From: Ylistrum balloti
Lineage: Eukaryota
Reading direction: 5' to 3'
Length of the DNA: 64,000 nt
Assembly: GCF_031769215.1 (NCBI RefSeq)
Contig: NW_026782599.1
Span: forward strand, 124,001-188,000
Shown: piece by piece, positions 62,747 through 64,000 of the stretch
How positions within the stretch are numbered: the stretch's first letter is position 1
Layout of the letters: every line of letters starts with the position of its first letter
The notes under the pieces: model-generated
The model's input: only the letters and a program-made list of their open reading frames with translations
Told to the model about the DNA's origin: nothing
Databases searched by the model: none
Position numbers and translations under genes: made by a program

Positions 62747-64000
62747 TGTCACACAGACGAAGTCAGTATTTCGCACAATCAACGGCTGCACTTATTTTGA
62801 CGAACTTTTTCTGTGTCTTCAATTACTGTGCCAAAACATATGTTAAAACATCATTCTTTGCAAGCTTGCCTTGTTTTTATCAATACATTCGGCCCAACAA
62901 AATTCAGCTCCTTGTTGTCAATGGATCGGATGTTACTTTCTACTCTCCGTCTTGTCTCAAAACGTCCTGGAATGTTGTGAAACATAATTATAATTCTGAT
63001 TTCTTAAGCCTTTATTGGCTTGATGTGGTATACATTTGCAGACTGTAAATACTGGTTTCATAGAAGACTGATGTTTATTTCAGCTATTGATAGTTGGATC
63101 ACAATAATAGATTTCATACTACTTTCAAAAACTAAGGTAAGATATGTACAAATGCTGGATGTCATCAATGAACATACGACTAGTATTCACTAATGTTTAA
63201 GTTTAAAGTAAAAGTTTTTTTTATTGCAAGATGTAACAAAAGGATAGGTGTATTTTTACGTATGTAGAGAAGTAAAATTGTACTACATGAACATGAATGA
63301 AGCATATAAAAATAGTGACCTAGTTAGTATATACACTCAATCGATGCCTTCTGCTCTTAGTCCATCTGAATCCTAAAAATCGGTCATATTGGTATTCATA
63401 AAAATCCTCTTCTTTTCTGTAGAATTTCTTCTTTAGAATTGTTCATTTAAACGACTTGATAAGGATACAGTCACACATCGGATTCCGATCTATGAAGGAC
63501 ATCGACTATCTTTTTATAATCTTTTGGTGGCCAATATGAATTTTTGAACAGAAGGAAAAACTTCAGAGTTTGTGTTAAAAGACATTTCTATATTACCAAA
63601 TCAAATGAAATCTGGATCATACATTGTTTGTAAATTTAACTAGTTTAATTTATAAAGGGTAAATTGATGACAGGGGGTCCGTTTAAAGAATTATCCATGT
63701 CGTCTCTACGCTACCAGTCCAAACGTGTTTAGGCACACATACACGTACCCCTTTAACCATTACAAGAAGTAGCCGATAACGAAGTCGTAAAATATCAAAT
63801 ATTGAACAAGTACAAACCAGGTATACGAATACATGCATAAGGCAGGCAATGTTTTATATACACATCTCCTGCTATTAAAACTCTTATGTAAACAATAATC
63901 CTACTAAGTACAAAACTTCTGTCCTCAAATTTAAACTATAGATTAAAAAAAAAAACAACATTTTTTCGAAGTTTCAGTAAACAGATCAAGAGTTTCCATA

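Noticed and set aside
62747-62791. GTG-started N-terminal extension of MyD88 in the ORF track
   Set aside because: The first in-frame ATG (ACAATGG, good Kozak context) is at 62746.

Overview
AT-rich, intron-containing eukaryotic (animal) DNA. The repeat types and gene style suggest a bivalve mollusc such as an oyster; this is inference. Exon models were built by hand from GT-AG sites and reading-frame phase. Five protein-coding genes were found: (1) a non-canonical poly(A) polymerase/terminal nucleotidyltransferase of the MTPAP/TUT1 family (- strand, about 8.2-18.3 kb); (2) a myosin essential light chain, Mlc-c/MYL6-like (+, 20873-25408); (3) a FASTKD5-like mitochondrial RNA-processing protein (+, 33228-42555); (4) NDUFA8 (+, 46838-51590); (5) MyD88 (-, 55703-62746). 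One intact tRNA-Arg(CCG) lies at 29817-29889 (-). The rest is degenerate transposon debris (a Tc1 split by an insertion, CR1-type LINEs, a Penelope-like RT fragment, a LINE ORF1 remnant, tRNA-derived SINEs, Helentron/HINE-like elements), several minisatellite arrays and microsatellites. There are no prokaryotic features and no CRISPR. Best leads: a TIRAP-like polybasic/amphipathic tail on MyD88, a recursive-splice-type AG|GTGAGT site 10 nt before the FASTKD5 start codon, apparent loss of the RAP-domain Asp in the FASTKD5-like protein, a C-terminal extension on the poly(A) polymerase, and minisatellites whose units carry FoxO/Sox motifs or antisense 5' splice sites.
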